Origin: Patescibacteria group bacterium
GTDB taxonomy: Bacteria; Patescibacteriota; UBA1384; XYA2-FULL-43-10; 1-14-0-10-43-13
DNA length: 64,000 bases
NCBI GenBank assembly: GCA_038078835.1
Contig: JBBTQI010000003.1
Location: 2,196 to 66,195 of the forward strand
Reading direction: 5' to 3'
Shown: positions 36,019-46,016 of the stretch, piece by piece
Position numbering within the stretch: the first letter of the stretch is position 1
Layout: each line of letters begins with the position of its first letter
Program-made: the position numbers and the translations under genes
Notes under the pieces: model-generated
Seen by the model: only the letters and a program-made list of their open reading frames with translations
Told to the model about the DNA's origin: nothing
Database searches by the model: none

Positions 36019-36245
36019 ATCTCAAACAACAAGCACCAAATATCAAATAATTTCCAAATCACAAACCTCAAATAACAAATAAATTCCAGATTGCAATTAC
36101 CAGCTACAAAAGCGTTTGAAAATTAGAGATTGGGACTTGGAACTTATCTAAGATTTGTTATTTGGGATTTAAATTTTACTTGTGGTTTGGTGCTTGGTAT
36201 TTGAGGTTTCTCCGCTTTGGCGGAGAGGAGGGGTTTTGGCAACCG
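36019..36245. repeat. ~220 bp AT-rich MITE-like inverted-repeat element, copy 1
   Basis: ...caagcaccaaatatcaaataatttccaaatcacaaacctcaa...ttacttgtggtttggtgcttggtatttgaggtttctccgctttggcggagaggagg. The arms are imperfect reverse complements. It ends in a small hairpin plus GGAGAGGAGG. Confidence 0.5.
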
Positions 36246-37672
36246 GTCGGCAAAATCGGGAGGAGTACGAGGCCTTAAGGCGCAACCTTAAGGCGGCAAT
36301 CGGGCGGCGGAGTCCGACCGTTTATAGCATTGCCCAAAAGATGAACTCCTTGGGCGTCTCCGACCCCGAGCTGGGACCGATCATTGAAGCCCTCGCTTCC
36401 CGCCAATTCAGCGCTATGGCCGAAGCCCAGCGCCATTTTGGCGTGAAAACACCATCAAACCGCCCTGATTCGGCCAGACCATCGGAATCGCCAGGGAGCG
36501 GAACTGAAACCGGCACTCCCTTTGAAAATGCCGGCGAGGGCATCAAGGCCAAGAAACCGAGTGATATCGGCCGGATCGGACAGGTCGCTAAAAATATCAG
36601 AGACCTGCAAAAGCGAGCTCAAAACTACCTTCGCGCCCTCAAGGCGGCCGGCATTTTGGCCAATCCCTGGACATGGGTGGTGATCGGCATTGCGATTTTA
36701 ATTATCCTAATTATTCTCTTTGTCGTCATTCTCTCGATTGTTTTGAACAAAAACCAGATGACGCCCCATCCCGGCGGCAAATCCCAAGCCCAGGCCGCCG
36801 ACCCCATCGCCGACCGCGAATTTGTCCGGAAATTACTGGCTCTAACCGGAGACCAAGATATTAAAAACGAGGCGATCGCCGGCAACAATAAAAAACTGCT
36901 AACCCAAATCGACGACCTCATTACCGAGATCAGAAAGCCGGAAAACGCCGACCTTCCCGATCGCGACCAAATTAAAAAGGACTATCTCGCCATCAGGGAT
37001 ATCGCTCAAAATATCAGCCCCAGCAATTCCAATAATGCCGCTCTCTACGACCAGGTTATCGCCAAGCTTAAAGAAACAAGAAAATATCTCTCCGCTCCCC
37101 TCGCCGCCTACCCCGGCCCTTCGACCTTGCCGCTAAATTTGCCTCGGGATCAAATTAGAACCGGGAATAGCCTTCACCATTGCACCCGCTGGCGGCCAGA
37201 TCACTGTTTTAAAGGCTCTGGTCACGGCACCTTTGTAATGAACAGTAGCAAGCGCTCCGATGCCGTTGATCTCTCACCCACTACAAAACCTGTCCACGAT
37301 GTCAAAATCATCGCCGTTTTCGACGGCACTATTAAAGATAAAGAGCATGGCGGTGTAGACACCAAGAAAGAGTATTTTTATCTCACCGATACAACTGGCC
37401 AATATAAGGCGGTTTATGCCCACGTTAAGCTCAATGATGGTACAAAAAATGTTAAGAAGGGCGATGAAATCGGCTATATTCTCGACAGTATCGGCCATCT
37501 TCACTTTGAGCTTTACCAAATTACAAAGATCGGTTTGAGGCCATTAAATTATACCGAGGAAGATATTAAAGCTTGCGGCCTGGATAAAAATCCGCTCACT
37601 CCCAACTGCCCCAACGGCCGCCGCATCGGTGATTATTATTGGGATTACCTTACTTTGATTTTGCAGAAATGA
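36182..37672 (+). CDS. M23-family (LytM-like) metallopeptidase with an N-terminal TM helix; start uncertain
   Basis: C-terminal HCTRWRPDHCF...GDEIGYILDSIGHLHFELYQ (M23 HxxxD / HLH motifs). TM helix WTWVVIGIAILIILIILFVV. The listed ATG lies inside the MITE-like element; the real start is probably downstream (for example Met ~36344). Confidence 0.65.
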   Translation: MVWCLVFEVSPLWRRGGVLATGRQNREEYEALRRNLKAAIGRRSPTVYSIAQKMNSLGVSDPELGPIIEALASRQFSAMAEAQRHFGVKTPSNRPDSARPSESPGSGTETGTPFENAGEGIKAKKPSDIGRIGQVAKNIRDLQKRAQNYLRALKAAGILANPWTWVVIGIAILIILIILFVVILSIVLNKNQMTPHPGGKSQAQAADPIADREFVRKLLALTGDQDIKNEAIAGNNKKLLTQIDDLITEIRKPENADLPDRDQIKKDYLAIRDIAQNISPSNSNNAALYDQVIAKLKETRKYLSAPLAAYPGPSTLPLNLPRDQIRTGNSLHHCTRWRPDHCFKGSGHGTFVMNSSKRSDAVDLSPTTKPVHDVKIIAVFDGTIKDKEHGGVDTKKEYFYLTDTTGQYKAVYAHVKLNDGTKNVKKGDEIGYILDSIGHLHFELYQITKIGLRPLNYTEEDIKACGLDKNPLTPNCPNGRRIGDYYWDYLTLILQK

Positions 37673-40600
37673 AAGCGGTTTTCCAAAAATCTATCTGTAT
37701 TCTTCTGGTAATCGGGTCGCTTTTAATTCAAGTGGCGCCGATTCTGTCGTTTCCAACAAAAGTTAGAGCCCAAGAAGACATCGCCAATGAAACAACCAAT
37801 CTTAATGTGGAAACGGTCGGACCAGATGGTGAAATCTATGGTGATGTCCCGCCAGAAGTTAAGGCGTACGAAGAAACTAACTCCATCTATGATCAGATGG
37901 AGAAGCTTTACGACTTTGCCGAGGAAGCCAATTTCCGCGACGATGATCCCACCCGCCTCTCGCCAAGCGATCTCTTTGGCACGAGCGATGCAAGGATAAT
38001 TCTGCGGCAGTCGGATTATCTCAAGGTCAAAGCCCTTTACTGCATCTCGGAGTCGGTCGGGGGGTATCCCGACTACGAGAATGATCTGGCGCTTTTAGCT
38101 AAGGATTCGGGGCGAGACGAGGGCAAGCTCACCGAACTCAAAAACAGCCTGGCTGTGGCTGATCGGGTCGAGTTCAGACGAATTATGCGGGGCACCCTGG
38201 TCAAGTGGGGTGAGAGTTACGATATTAAAGCGAAACTCAAGGATGAGGCAAATCTCCGGACACTTGAGTGCATCACCGGCCTCTCCGGCAACGCGCTGGC
38301 CGAGCTTCGCGCCAGCCAAAAGGAGAAACTGGATCCGATTATCGACGATGCCGTGGAGGGATTGAAGATCGACATTAGAATTATAAAGACCCTCGTTTAT
38401 CTTGTCACACCAAAAGAGAAGGGTGGAGCGGGGCATTATCGTATTCGAGTCCACCGCATCTTTCAGATCAAAGAGCTCTCGACCGAATCCGATGCCATCC
38501 TCGGCCGCAACTTAAAACAGCAAAAGGACGGCACGGCCGCCGATATCGGCCAGGCCGAACGGGAAGGCGCCGATGCCACAATTGAGGATGCCTCCGGCAA
38601 CGCTGTCGCCGATGCCTATCTCGAAGAGATAACGCAAGAAGAGGACAAGGTTGAGGCCAACCGCTCCGCCCACGCCGACGGCCAGGCGGTTGATATTTCC
38701 GAGATTGACGACATTCGCTGCACCGTTGTCGGCCGGCGACGAGTAGGACAAGACAAAGTCGAGAACAAACCGGCCCAGCCCGTCCGACTGTCTTGGCAAA
38801 CCAATGATGGCTACAGCGCCTCCGGCGGCAACAACGCCTATGATCTTATGGAGCTGATGCGGGAAAGCGCCAAGGAAAGCCTGCGCGAGCTGGCCAATGG
38901 TCTCGGCGGCGACATCACCGATTACGAGGGCGACCTCTCCAGGGCCAACCTCGAGGACTTAACCACCCTGATCGGCAAATCGCTCTTTGCCGAGATCATT
39001 AACTCTCCCGGCGCTTTTCTTTCGGGCTACGATGTCGGCGACACGATGGAGAAGCTGGGGTCGATGTATCTGGCCGATTACCTCGGTCTCCCGCGCGAAG
39101 TCTTTGCCGGGCGCGGCATCGAGAGCTTTGACGACATCTCCGTCCTGGTCGGCGAGGCTTCGATTGAAAAGAAGCTGAATCAGCCGATCGGCCTGCTCGA
39201 GCCGATTATGGAGCCCTCGCCTGGAAATAGTCTCTCCGATCTTGAATTTTGGCTGCGCCAGATCGGCCGGCGCAAGATCGCTCTGGAGATGAATTTAAAC
39301 CTAAACGACCTCGTCGATTACTCCGGTGATAAGCCGATATCTCTTCTGGTGGGTCAAAAGGCGATCGAGAAGGGTATTGATCTTCCCCCCGGCTCCTTCA
39401 ATTATCACAGCGCCAGCTTTAACGAGCTCAAAAGTCATATCGGCACGATTAAGGTCCAAGTCATTCAAACCGACCCCGCCTGGGTCGATCGGACGCTTCA
39501 CATTCCTCTCGGTTCAACCAAGAAATTATTGGACAACAAGGATAGCGAGGAGGCTCTGGCCGAATTCATCGCTTTGGTCGGAACCACCCGGATTGAAGAC
39601 ACGGTCAGAGGATTTAAATACCTTGCCGCTCACAGCAGTGCGTACAACCTGCCGGATGACGACTGGGAGAGAGCGGTCAACGGCGACCCTGACGGCCTAA
39701 CTCAGATCGGCATCTTTATGGCCGCCCGCGCTTTTGCCGAGGATAATGACGACTACCAGCGTCTGGCCATCCAGCAATGGATTAATGATGCGGTGAGCGG
39801 CTCTGATAACGGCGCTTGCGTCAATAATCCTTACATTAAAAAGAACGTTGAGATTGCCAAAGCCGAACCCCAGTTGGTTCTGACCGAGAGCGGACAATTT
39901 AAGGAGATCACCATCTCCGAGGACAGCGCCCGCAAGGCCGGTCTGGCCGAGGGCGATCTCTGCCAGATGTTCGGACAGAAGGCCGCCGCCGCCTATGATA
40001 TCTTTGAGCGCATCGGCGAGCGCTATCTCTACTATGCTTTTGTCAACGCTGTCGCCAACGAAGAGAGAGTCAAGGTCGATTTGATGCAGGATCCCGCTTA
40101 CCATATCACCAACACCGAAGTTCTCTTCTACACCACCCGGGTTGAAAAAGCTCAGACGCTCTCCAAGAAGATCAAAAAAGATTGGGAAACGCTCAAGAAA
40201 GACGAGCGCCTAAAAGATGATCCCGAACTGATGAGCGCGCTTGACGAGATCATCGCCGCCTCGGCTGATATCTCCTCCACCCAAACCAATATATCCGGCA
40301 TCAGAGATAAGTCGCGGCAGCTAACCGCCAAGAGCAGCCGGATCAGCGCCCGGCTTCGGCAAAAGAGAGCCGAACTCTCCGATCTCTCCGACCACATTAA
40401 CGCGCTGGTTCGGGACACCCGGGAGCTCTATCGAACAGTGATGGAGTTAATCGAGGGCCAGCCGATTCCGGCCGCCTCGCTCCTGGAGGCCAACCAGATT
40501 AAAACGACCGATTTAAGCCGGCGCGAGAACGGCCGCAACAATAGTAATGTCAAAGTTACGACCGCGCCGACGCTGGTCGCCGCTTTTCTCAAGGGCCGGA

Positions 40601-43600
40601 TCAAGCCGGCACAATTCTTCAAGAAGCTGGCGATATCCAAAGTCGAATCCGAACTCAACCTCCCCAAAAATTCCGTCACCTATTACGTCCAAAACTGGGA
40701 GATCAAAGGGGTCGAGGGTAATAATATCGACGCTTTCTATCAGGCGATCGGCCAGGCCAAAATTGAGGAGAAGCTGGGTCTGCCGGAATTTTATTTCCAG
40801 GGACCGATCTATAAAGATGTTAAGGATTACAGCCAAATTGCCTGCAATGCCATCCAAGACGGCGACAATTGGCAGCTGGCGGTGGATGAACGCTCCGATA
40901 AGCTGTACGGCGAACTTCAAAATTTCTATCGAGAATCGAACAAAACAATCAAAGTTCCAGGAAGCGGCGACAATATCAACATCGACAACGAGAATCAGGT
41001 TTGCGATCTCCTCCTTCGAGCCAAGAGCGGCACGGCCGTCCGCCACCGGGAAGCCAAGCAGGTCTGGCGCGAGATTGAACGGGCCGCTATCTCGATCTTT
41101 CGGCGAGAGCAGAATGAAAAGAACAAAAATACCGACAGCACTATGACCGATGTCGCCAGGAATGTCGATTATCAGAAACTCGCCGACGGCATCAGGGGCG
41201 GCAACAATGATGTTATGCTCCGCTTCGGTCTGGCCGGCAGCCTGGAAGCCGCTTTTAATCAACTTTATTGGTCAGCTAATCCGGGCAGCCGGCAGCGCGC
41301 CGAGAAAATTGATCGTGATCTGGGCATTACCGCCGCCGGCAAAAGTCGATCCACCAACACCCAGGCTCTCTTTACCGGCGAAACTCTTCTCTGGCGCGAC
41401 GGCCAGGATATGCTGACGGAGACGGAGAAAAATTCTCTTGCCGAGAGCGGACTCACCCTCACGCAAACCCTCTCCGGCACAGAGGAATATGCGCGTAAAA
41501 TCGCTCTGTCGGAGGATGTTTTAAACCGTTATCTTCAGGTCCTAAACAACGAGATCGACCTAAACGGTTTTAAGAACTACAAACAGCATCCCGTCTCTTA
41601 TAATTCGACCAATCGCTACCAAAAGGACAGAAGAACCAATGACGACGCCGAGAAGAGCTGCAAGATAACCTACACCAAAAAGGATGGCTTTGAGGTGGCG
41701 GAAAACTCGATTCAGGATGACGCCTATGTCTATGTTGACGCCCAAGGCAAGCCCTACTCCTTCCGCAATAAGGAGGCGGCGGCGGCCTTTATTAAGGGAC
41801 AGGGATTTGAGGAGCAATATTATATCTCGCTCTTAGCTCAATACCTCTATGATCTCGGCCAATATATTCAATCCGAATATGGTCCCTTTAGCCAGGAGTA
41901 CCGCGAGCGTTTCTCGTCGACTGCCCGCGTTCAGGACGCCCTGGAACGCTTCTTGCAGCAGGCGGACATTGACCTCCTGCCCTTTGCGGAAATTATCGAT
42001 AAAGCGGAGGCAAAAAATCATCAATTCACGCCGGAAAACCAGATCCTCTTCGGCAACACTTCTCTCTCTACTCTGCGCAAACTCTTCGGCCAACCTCTCC
42101 TGGCCGACAAACCCCTTCAGCGCTACCGCCATATTGTCGGCTCGGCCGAAGCTAAAAGGATATTGACCGCCACACTCCTGCGCAACGTTGGCATTACAAT
42201 CAATCCCGAAGATTTCGGACCGGAGGATTTCCTGGCCATTCTCTCCGGCGACTACCGCCCCCTCACCCGTCTGGGAGCAACCTTAATCGACAAAAGCATG
42301 GATCTTCCCCAGGGCTCAACCCGGGCGCTCTTTGCCATTCAGTCGCTGGACGATATCACCTGCGTTTTGAGTGATATCGGCGCTCAACGCCTGGGCAAGC
42401 TGGTCGGCCTGAAACGCCTGCCCCTAAACGGCGAGATCGGCGCGCACTATCTCTCCCAGCTCTATCACAATATGGGCCAGGCCAAGATCGAGGAAACTCT
42501 GGGTCTCCCCTACGGCAGTTTCCGCGGCCAGGCTCTCTCAACTTATCCGGGCAGTCCGGGCCTCATCGAGAACATTGGGCACCTTAACTTTGCCCTGGCT
42601 TTTGAAATCCCCCTTGAGGGCGTAATTGAAGGTTCAAATGAGACTATCGCCAGCGCCGCCCTCCAGGTTATCGGCGAGATAATGGGCCAGGCCGCGGTTG
42701 AGAAGTATCGGAAAGCCTCAACAACCAATCTCTTAAAGCTCATTCGCGACAATCTGGCTTACACTACCAGCCGCAAGATCAATTCATTAGAATCTCTCGA
42801 TCGGACAATATATTACCGGGTTTCCGAACTAGTCAAAGCCGATGACAAAAACGGCAAGTTCTGGCAGGGCGATCTTAAAAAAGAAACGGAGGACTTCTTT
42901 GCCCGCCTGCGCTATCTCGACGGCGTCTTTGAGCTTGATTCCCTCTCGGCCGACAGTCGAACCTTCGCCCTCTTTAACGGCAAAATTAAGCCCGACGCTT
43001 ACGCCGAGCGGGTGGCGGCGATGATGGCCCGGCGCTTAACCGCAACCTCATTGGCTAACGCCTTCGGTATTGACGAGGAGGACGCTAAGGACGCTAAGGC
43101 CGCCTATGAGATTATCCGCAACTGGAACAATATCTTTCACTGCTATGATAAAGACTTCAATTCATACTCCGGTCCCATGGGGCTTGACGATGCCTGCGCC
43201 GGCTGGAACCAGAACTGGGGCAAGCTCTATGACGGCTTAAGTAAAATTGTCGATGTCGATCTGGATGACCGGGCCGGCTTGTCGGACGGCAGTATGCGGG
43301 CGATGATCAACAATCCCGAGATCGCCCCCCAGATTCTTCTGGCCAACGGCGCCGCCGATCTGGATGAGAAGTGGGAGCTTGACACACCCTCTGCCGCCGA
43401 TATAACCGGCGCCGTCATTGGCGCTCTCGGCGGGAGTGGTATTGCCGACATTAAAGACGGCACCTTTGCCACCGCCTATACTTCAGCCCTGAATTGGCAG
43501 GCTTATAAAAACTTTACTCCGGCCGAGCGGGCCAACCTGAGCAATGTCCGGAGTTTTTGCGCCAAAAACTACGCCGATCCCGACTTAAATTTGCTGACCG

Positions 43601-45960
43601 CCGCCGAACGGGAACAACTCGAGAGTAAAAGCGGCGACAAGGTTACGCTCGATATTATCCGCGACCGGGCCATCCGCCGCTGTAGCGAAAATTACCGGCT
43701 GGATGGATCGATTGATCCTCCGACCAAACAGGCGGGCAAAAACCGCTATGCCGGACTTCAAAGATATCTTTCCGGCCGCATCTCGGCCAAAATCAGCGAC
43801 GCGACCGGGGGAACAATTAAAATGCCGGCGGCCGACCTCGAACGGCTCGTCTTTGAGGGCGATATGCGCTTTGTGGAGATTGCCGCCGTCTCTTATCTTA
43901 TGAATATTACCGTCAATGACACCGGCGGCAAGGAAAAGGCGCCCAACGGATATATCATAAGCTACGACGATATCAGGCTGGCGATTGTCGGCGACCGGGG
44001 CGCCGAGGAGAGTGCCGCCCTGACTCAGCAATACGTGGCGGCCCAAGGGGTGACCGTGGTGCCGGAGGAAGCCCAGCGGCCCTACGGCGCCACCTGCCCC
44101 GACGGCTCCTCCGATGTCCAGTGTATCGCCCTGACGCAGGACGCCAGCCAGTCTTTAGCCAGGAACCACGGCGATCTGACCAAGGCCAACACCGCCGCCA
44201 TCCGCCACGATAACGGCATCGACCCCAACCTGACCGAGGAGCAGATGAAGGAAGCGATCGCCGCCCGCCAGATCGAGTGGGAGCGCACGGTGGCGGAAAA
44301 AGATTGCCGGCGGATTACCGCAACTATTGATACAACGGAAGCCGGCCAGCAAAACGCCGCCTCGCCTGAAGATGTTGCCGCCTGCCGGCAGGCCATGGAC
44401 GGCCTCAAGCGTCTCGAGGGCGCCGACTTGGAGGGGCGCGGTCAGGCCCGCCAATACTTCCGCGACACCCTGATGTACCGCACTCTGGATATTATGCTCT
44501 GGAAGATGGACCAAAACATCTACCCGGGCTTTGCCTACGATATGATTAAGGGCAATTGGCAAACCCGCATTAAAGCTATTGGTATTTACGTCTTAAACGG
44601 CGCCGAACGAGGCGAGCTCTTCGGCCAAAAACTGCCCGAGTGGGCCAAGGAGGCCGCCGAGATCGGACTGGCAGTCGACTACCTTGTCAACATCAGCGGC
44701 CGCCGCAACGGCGACCGCGTCCTGGATCAATTCATCACCGACAGAAAAGTTTATAACTTCTTCGAAAATAAACTAAGAGACTACTTTCAGGAGCAGTTTA
44801 ACGTCGGCCTGCCGGCCGGCATCCTTGGCGGCGTTCTGATCGGCACTGTCACCAGCGACTGGGGCTTTAACACCGGCAATGAGAATTATAAATTCACCGT
44901 CGGCGGTAAGGAACAGACCTTTGCCACTCTTAAGAACATTATTGAAGAATCAGTCAAGCGAACCATTTTCCGCTGGGCCGATAAAAAACTTAATATACCG
45001 GCCGGCACGATCTACCAAGCCTATAACCTTTATCGCGACATCACCAAGGCCCGCTTCGCTCTCAACAACTTCAACGCGGCCGGCGGCGTGGCTGGAGTCG
45101 GTCTGACCAATGCCGAAAACCTTGCCTCGCTTTCAACCGGCAGTAAAGTGACATACCAAGGCGTAGAGTGGACAAAGCAGGCAGACGGCAACTTTATGGC
45201 TACGGCCGATGGTACGGATACCATTATTGATGCCGATACACTTGGCGAGGCACAAGCAACCAAACAGGGCGACACTCTTAAACAGGGTATCAATGCCGCC
45301 AAGGCCGCCTTTGTTACTTATGTCGTCACAACGGTAGTTAACAAACTCTTCGGCGAGGCGATGGCCAAGTTCGATCAATCCTTAGGATTGGTGCCGGGAA
45401 CAACGGGAATGATTGTTAACACAGCGATCGGCGTCGGCGTCGGTATGGCCTTTGGTATTATGCCCGATCCTTGGTTGATCGGCGCCCAACTCCTTTATAT
45501 CGTTGCGATGAATCTCTTTAGTGTTTACAAAACCGACGTTTACTGTACCGCTGACGGCTTTTACCCCGACAAGCAAGCCGCCCGGCGGACGCAGCAGTTA
45601 AACTCGGCGGTTAATCCGACCGGGCTGGGCATTTGGGACGGCAGCAACACCGACACCCATCGTGATAAGTCGATCGGCGCCGCTCAAGCCCGCGCCCGCC
45701 AGCTTATCGGCGATGTTTTGCAAATGCAGTTTAATCCCTACTTTGCCGATGTTATTCCCAACCAGATAATGACCGGGCGCGAGGAGGATGTTGCCTACTG
45801 GAACGAACTCGCTAATGAAAACTTATGCCGCCGTATGGGGCCGGAGTGGAGTGCTGATGCTGCCGGCGTCTGCACCACCAGCGAAACTCATACCCCGGAT
45901 GAACGCGCCGGAGTATGGGCCAATCCGCAGACAGTCGGGTTTACGCATATCGGTTTCTAG
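37669..45960 (+). CDS. Giant secreted/surface protein (~2764 aa) with internal repeats and a C-terminal hydrophobic anchor
   Basis: Start at MKAVFQKSICILLVIGSLLIQVAPILSFPTKVRAQE (signal peptide). One uninterrupted 8.3 kb ORF. The motif [IL]G[QE]A[KS]IE[EK][KT]LGLPxGxF recurs near 39150, 39355, 40741 and 42473. The last ~120 aa contain two to three TM helices. Confidence 0.6.
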   Translation: MKAVFQKSICILLVIGSLLIQVAPILSFPTKVRAQEDIANETTNLNVETVGPDGEIYGDVPPEVKAYEETNSIYDQMEKLYDFAEEANFRDDDPTRLSPSDLFGTSDARIILRQSDYLKVKALYCISESVGGYPDYENDLALLAKDSGRDEGKLTELKNSLAVADRVEFRRIMRGTLVKWGESYDIKAKLKDEANLRTLECITGLSGNALAELRASQKEKLDPIIDDAVEGLKIDIRIIKTLVYLVTPKEKGGAGHYRIRVHRIFQIKELSTESDAILGRNLKQQKDGTAADIGQAEREGADATIEDASGNAVADAYLEEITQEEDKVEANRSAHADGQAVDISEIDDIRCTVVGRRRVGQDKVENKPAQPVRLSWQTNDGYSASGGNNAYDLMELMRESAKESLRELANGLGGDITDYEGDLSRANLEDLTTLIGKSLFAEIINSPGAFLSGYDVGDTMEKLGSMYLADYLGLPREVFAGRGIESFDDISVLVGEASIEKKLNQPIGLLEPIMEPSPGNSLSDLEFWLRQIGRRKIALEMNLNLNDLVDYSGDKPISLLVGQKAIEKGIDLPPGSFNYHSASFNELKSHIGTIKVQVIQTDPAWVDRTLHIPLGSTKKLLDNKDSEEALAEFIALVGTTRIEDTVRGFKYLAAHSSAYNLPDDDWERAVNGDPDGLTQIGIFMAARAFAEDNDDYQRLAIQQWINDAVSGSDNGACVNNPYIKKNVEIAKAEPQLVLTESGQFKEITISEDSARKAGLAEGDLCQMFGQKAAAAYDIFERIGERYLYYAFVNAVANEERVKVDLMQDPAYHITNTEVLFYTTRVEKAQTLSKKIKKDWETLKKDERLKDDPELMSALDEIIAASADISSTQTNISGIRDKSRQLTAKSSRISARLRQKRAELSDLSDHINALVRDTRELYRTVMELIEGQPIPAASLLEANQIKTTDLSRRENGRNNSNVKVTTAPTLVAAFLKGRIKPAQFFKKLAISKVESELNLPKNSVTYYVQNWEIKGVEGNNIDAFYQAIGQAKIEEKLGLPEFYFQGPIYKDVKDYSQIACNAIQDGDNWQLAVDERSDKLYGELQNFYRESNKTIKVPGSGDNINIDNENQVCDLLLRAKSGTAVRHREAKQVWREIERAAISIFRREQNEKNKNTDSTMTDVARNVDYQKLADGIRGGNNDVMLRFGLAGSLEAAFNQLYWSANPGSRQRAEKIDRDLGITAAGKSRSTNTQALFTGETLLWRDGQDMLTETEKNSLAESGLTLTQTLSGTEEYARKIALSEDVLNRYLQVLNNEIDLNGFKNYKQHPVSYNSTNRYQKDRRTNDDAEKSCKITYTKKDGFEVAENSIQDDAYVYVDAQGKPYSFRNKEAAAAFIKGQGFEEQYYISLLAQYLYDLGQYIQSEYGPFSQEYRERFSSTARVQDALERFLQQADIDLLPFAEIIDKAEAKNHQFTPENQILFGNTSLSTLRKLFGQPLLADKPLQRYRHIVGSAEAKRILTATLLRNVGITINPEDFGPEDFLAILSGDYRPLTRLGATLIDKSMDLPQGSTRALFAIQSLDDITCVLSDIGAQRLGKLVGLKRLPLNGEIGAHYLSQLYHNMGQAKIEETLGLPYGSFRGQALSTYPGSPGLIENIGHLNFALAFEIPLEGVIEGSNETIASAALQVIGEIMGQAAVEKYRKASTTNLLKLIRDNLAYTTSRKINSLESLDRTIYYRVSELVKADDKNGKFWQGDLKKETEDFFARLRYLDGVFELDSLSADSRTFALFNGKIKPDAYAERVAAMMARRLTATSLANAFGIDEEDAKDAKAAYEIIRNWNNIFHCYDKDFNSYSGPMGLDDACAGWNQNWGKLYDGLSKIVDVDLDDRAGLSDGSMRAMINNPEIAPQILLANGAADLDEKWELDTPSAADITGAVIGALGGSGIADIKDGTFATAYTSALNWQAYKNFTPAERANLSNVRSFCAKNYADPDLNLLTAAEREQLESKSGDKVTLDIIRDRAIRRCSENYRLDGSIDPPTKQAGKNRYAGLQRYLSGRISAKISDATGGTIKMPAADLERLVFEGDMRFVEIAAVSYLMNITVNDTGGKEKAPNGYIISYDDIRLAIVGDRGAEESAALTQQYVAAQGVTVVPEEAQRPYGATCPDGSSDVQCIALTQDASQSLARNHGDLTKANTAAIRHDNGIDPNLTEEQMKEAIAARQIEWERTVAEKDCRRITATIDTTEAGQQNAASPEDVAACRQAMDGLKRLEGADLEGRGQARQYFRDTLMYRTLDIMLWKMDQNIYPGFAYDMIKGNWQTRIKAIGIYVLNGAERGELFGQKLPEWAKEAAEIGLAVDYLVNISGRRNGDRVLDQFITDRKVYNFFENKLRDYFQEQFNVGLPAGILGGVLIGTVTSDWGFNTGNENYKFTVGGKEQTFATLKNIIEESVKRTIFRWADKKLNIPAGTIYQAYNLYRDITKARFALNNFNAAGGVAGVGLTNAENLASLSTGSKVTYQGVEWTKQADGNFMATADGTDTIIDADTLGEAQATKQGDTLKQGINAAKAAFVTYVVTTVVNKLFGEAMAKFDQSLGLVPGTTGMIVNTAIGVGVGMAFGIMPDPWLIGAQLLYIVAMNLFSVYKTDVYCTADGFYPDKQAARRTQQLNSAVNPTGLGIWDGSNTDTHRDKSIGAAQARARQLIGDVLQMQFNPYFADVIPNQIMTGREEDVAYWNELANENLCRRMGPEWSADAAGVCTTSETHTPDERAGVWANPQTVGFTHIGF

Positions 45961-46016
45961 TGTAAAGCACCAGAAACCGATTATAAGACCTATATGTCCC
46001 ATAAGTCTTATATGAC

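Noticed and set aside
37787-45576. Many 60-250 aa ORFs on both strands inside the 8.3 kb giant gene (for example 40513-41262 minus, 40547-41146 plus)
   Set aside because: All are nested in or antisense to one continuous 2764-aa reading frame that has a signal peptide and internal protein repeats. The nested ORFs have low-complexity, Arg-rich compositions.
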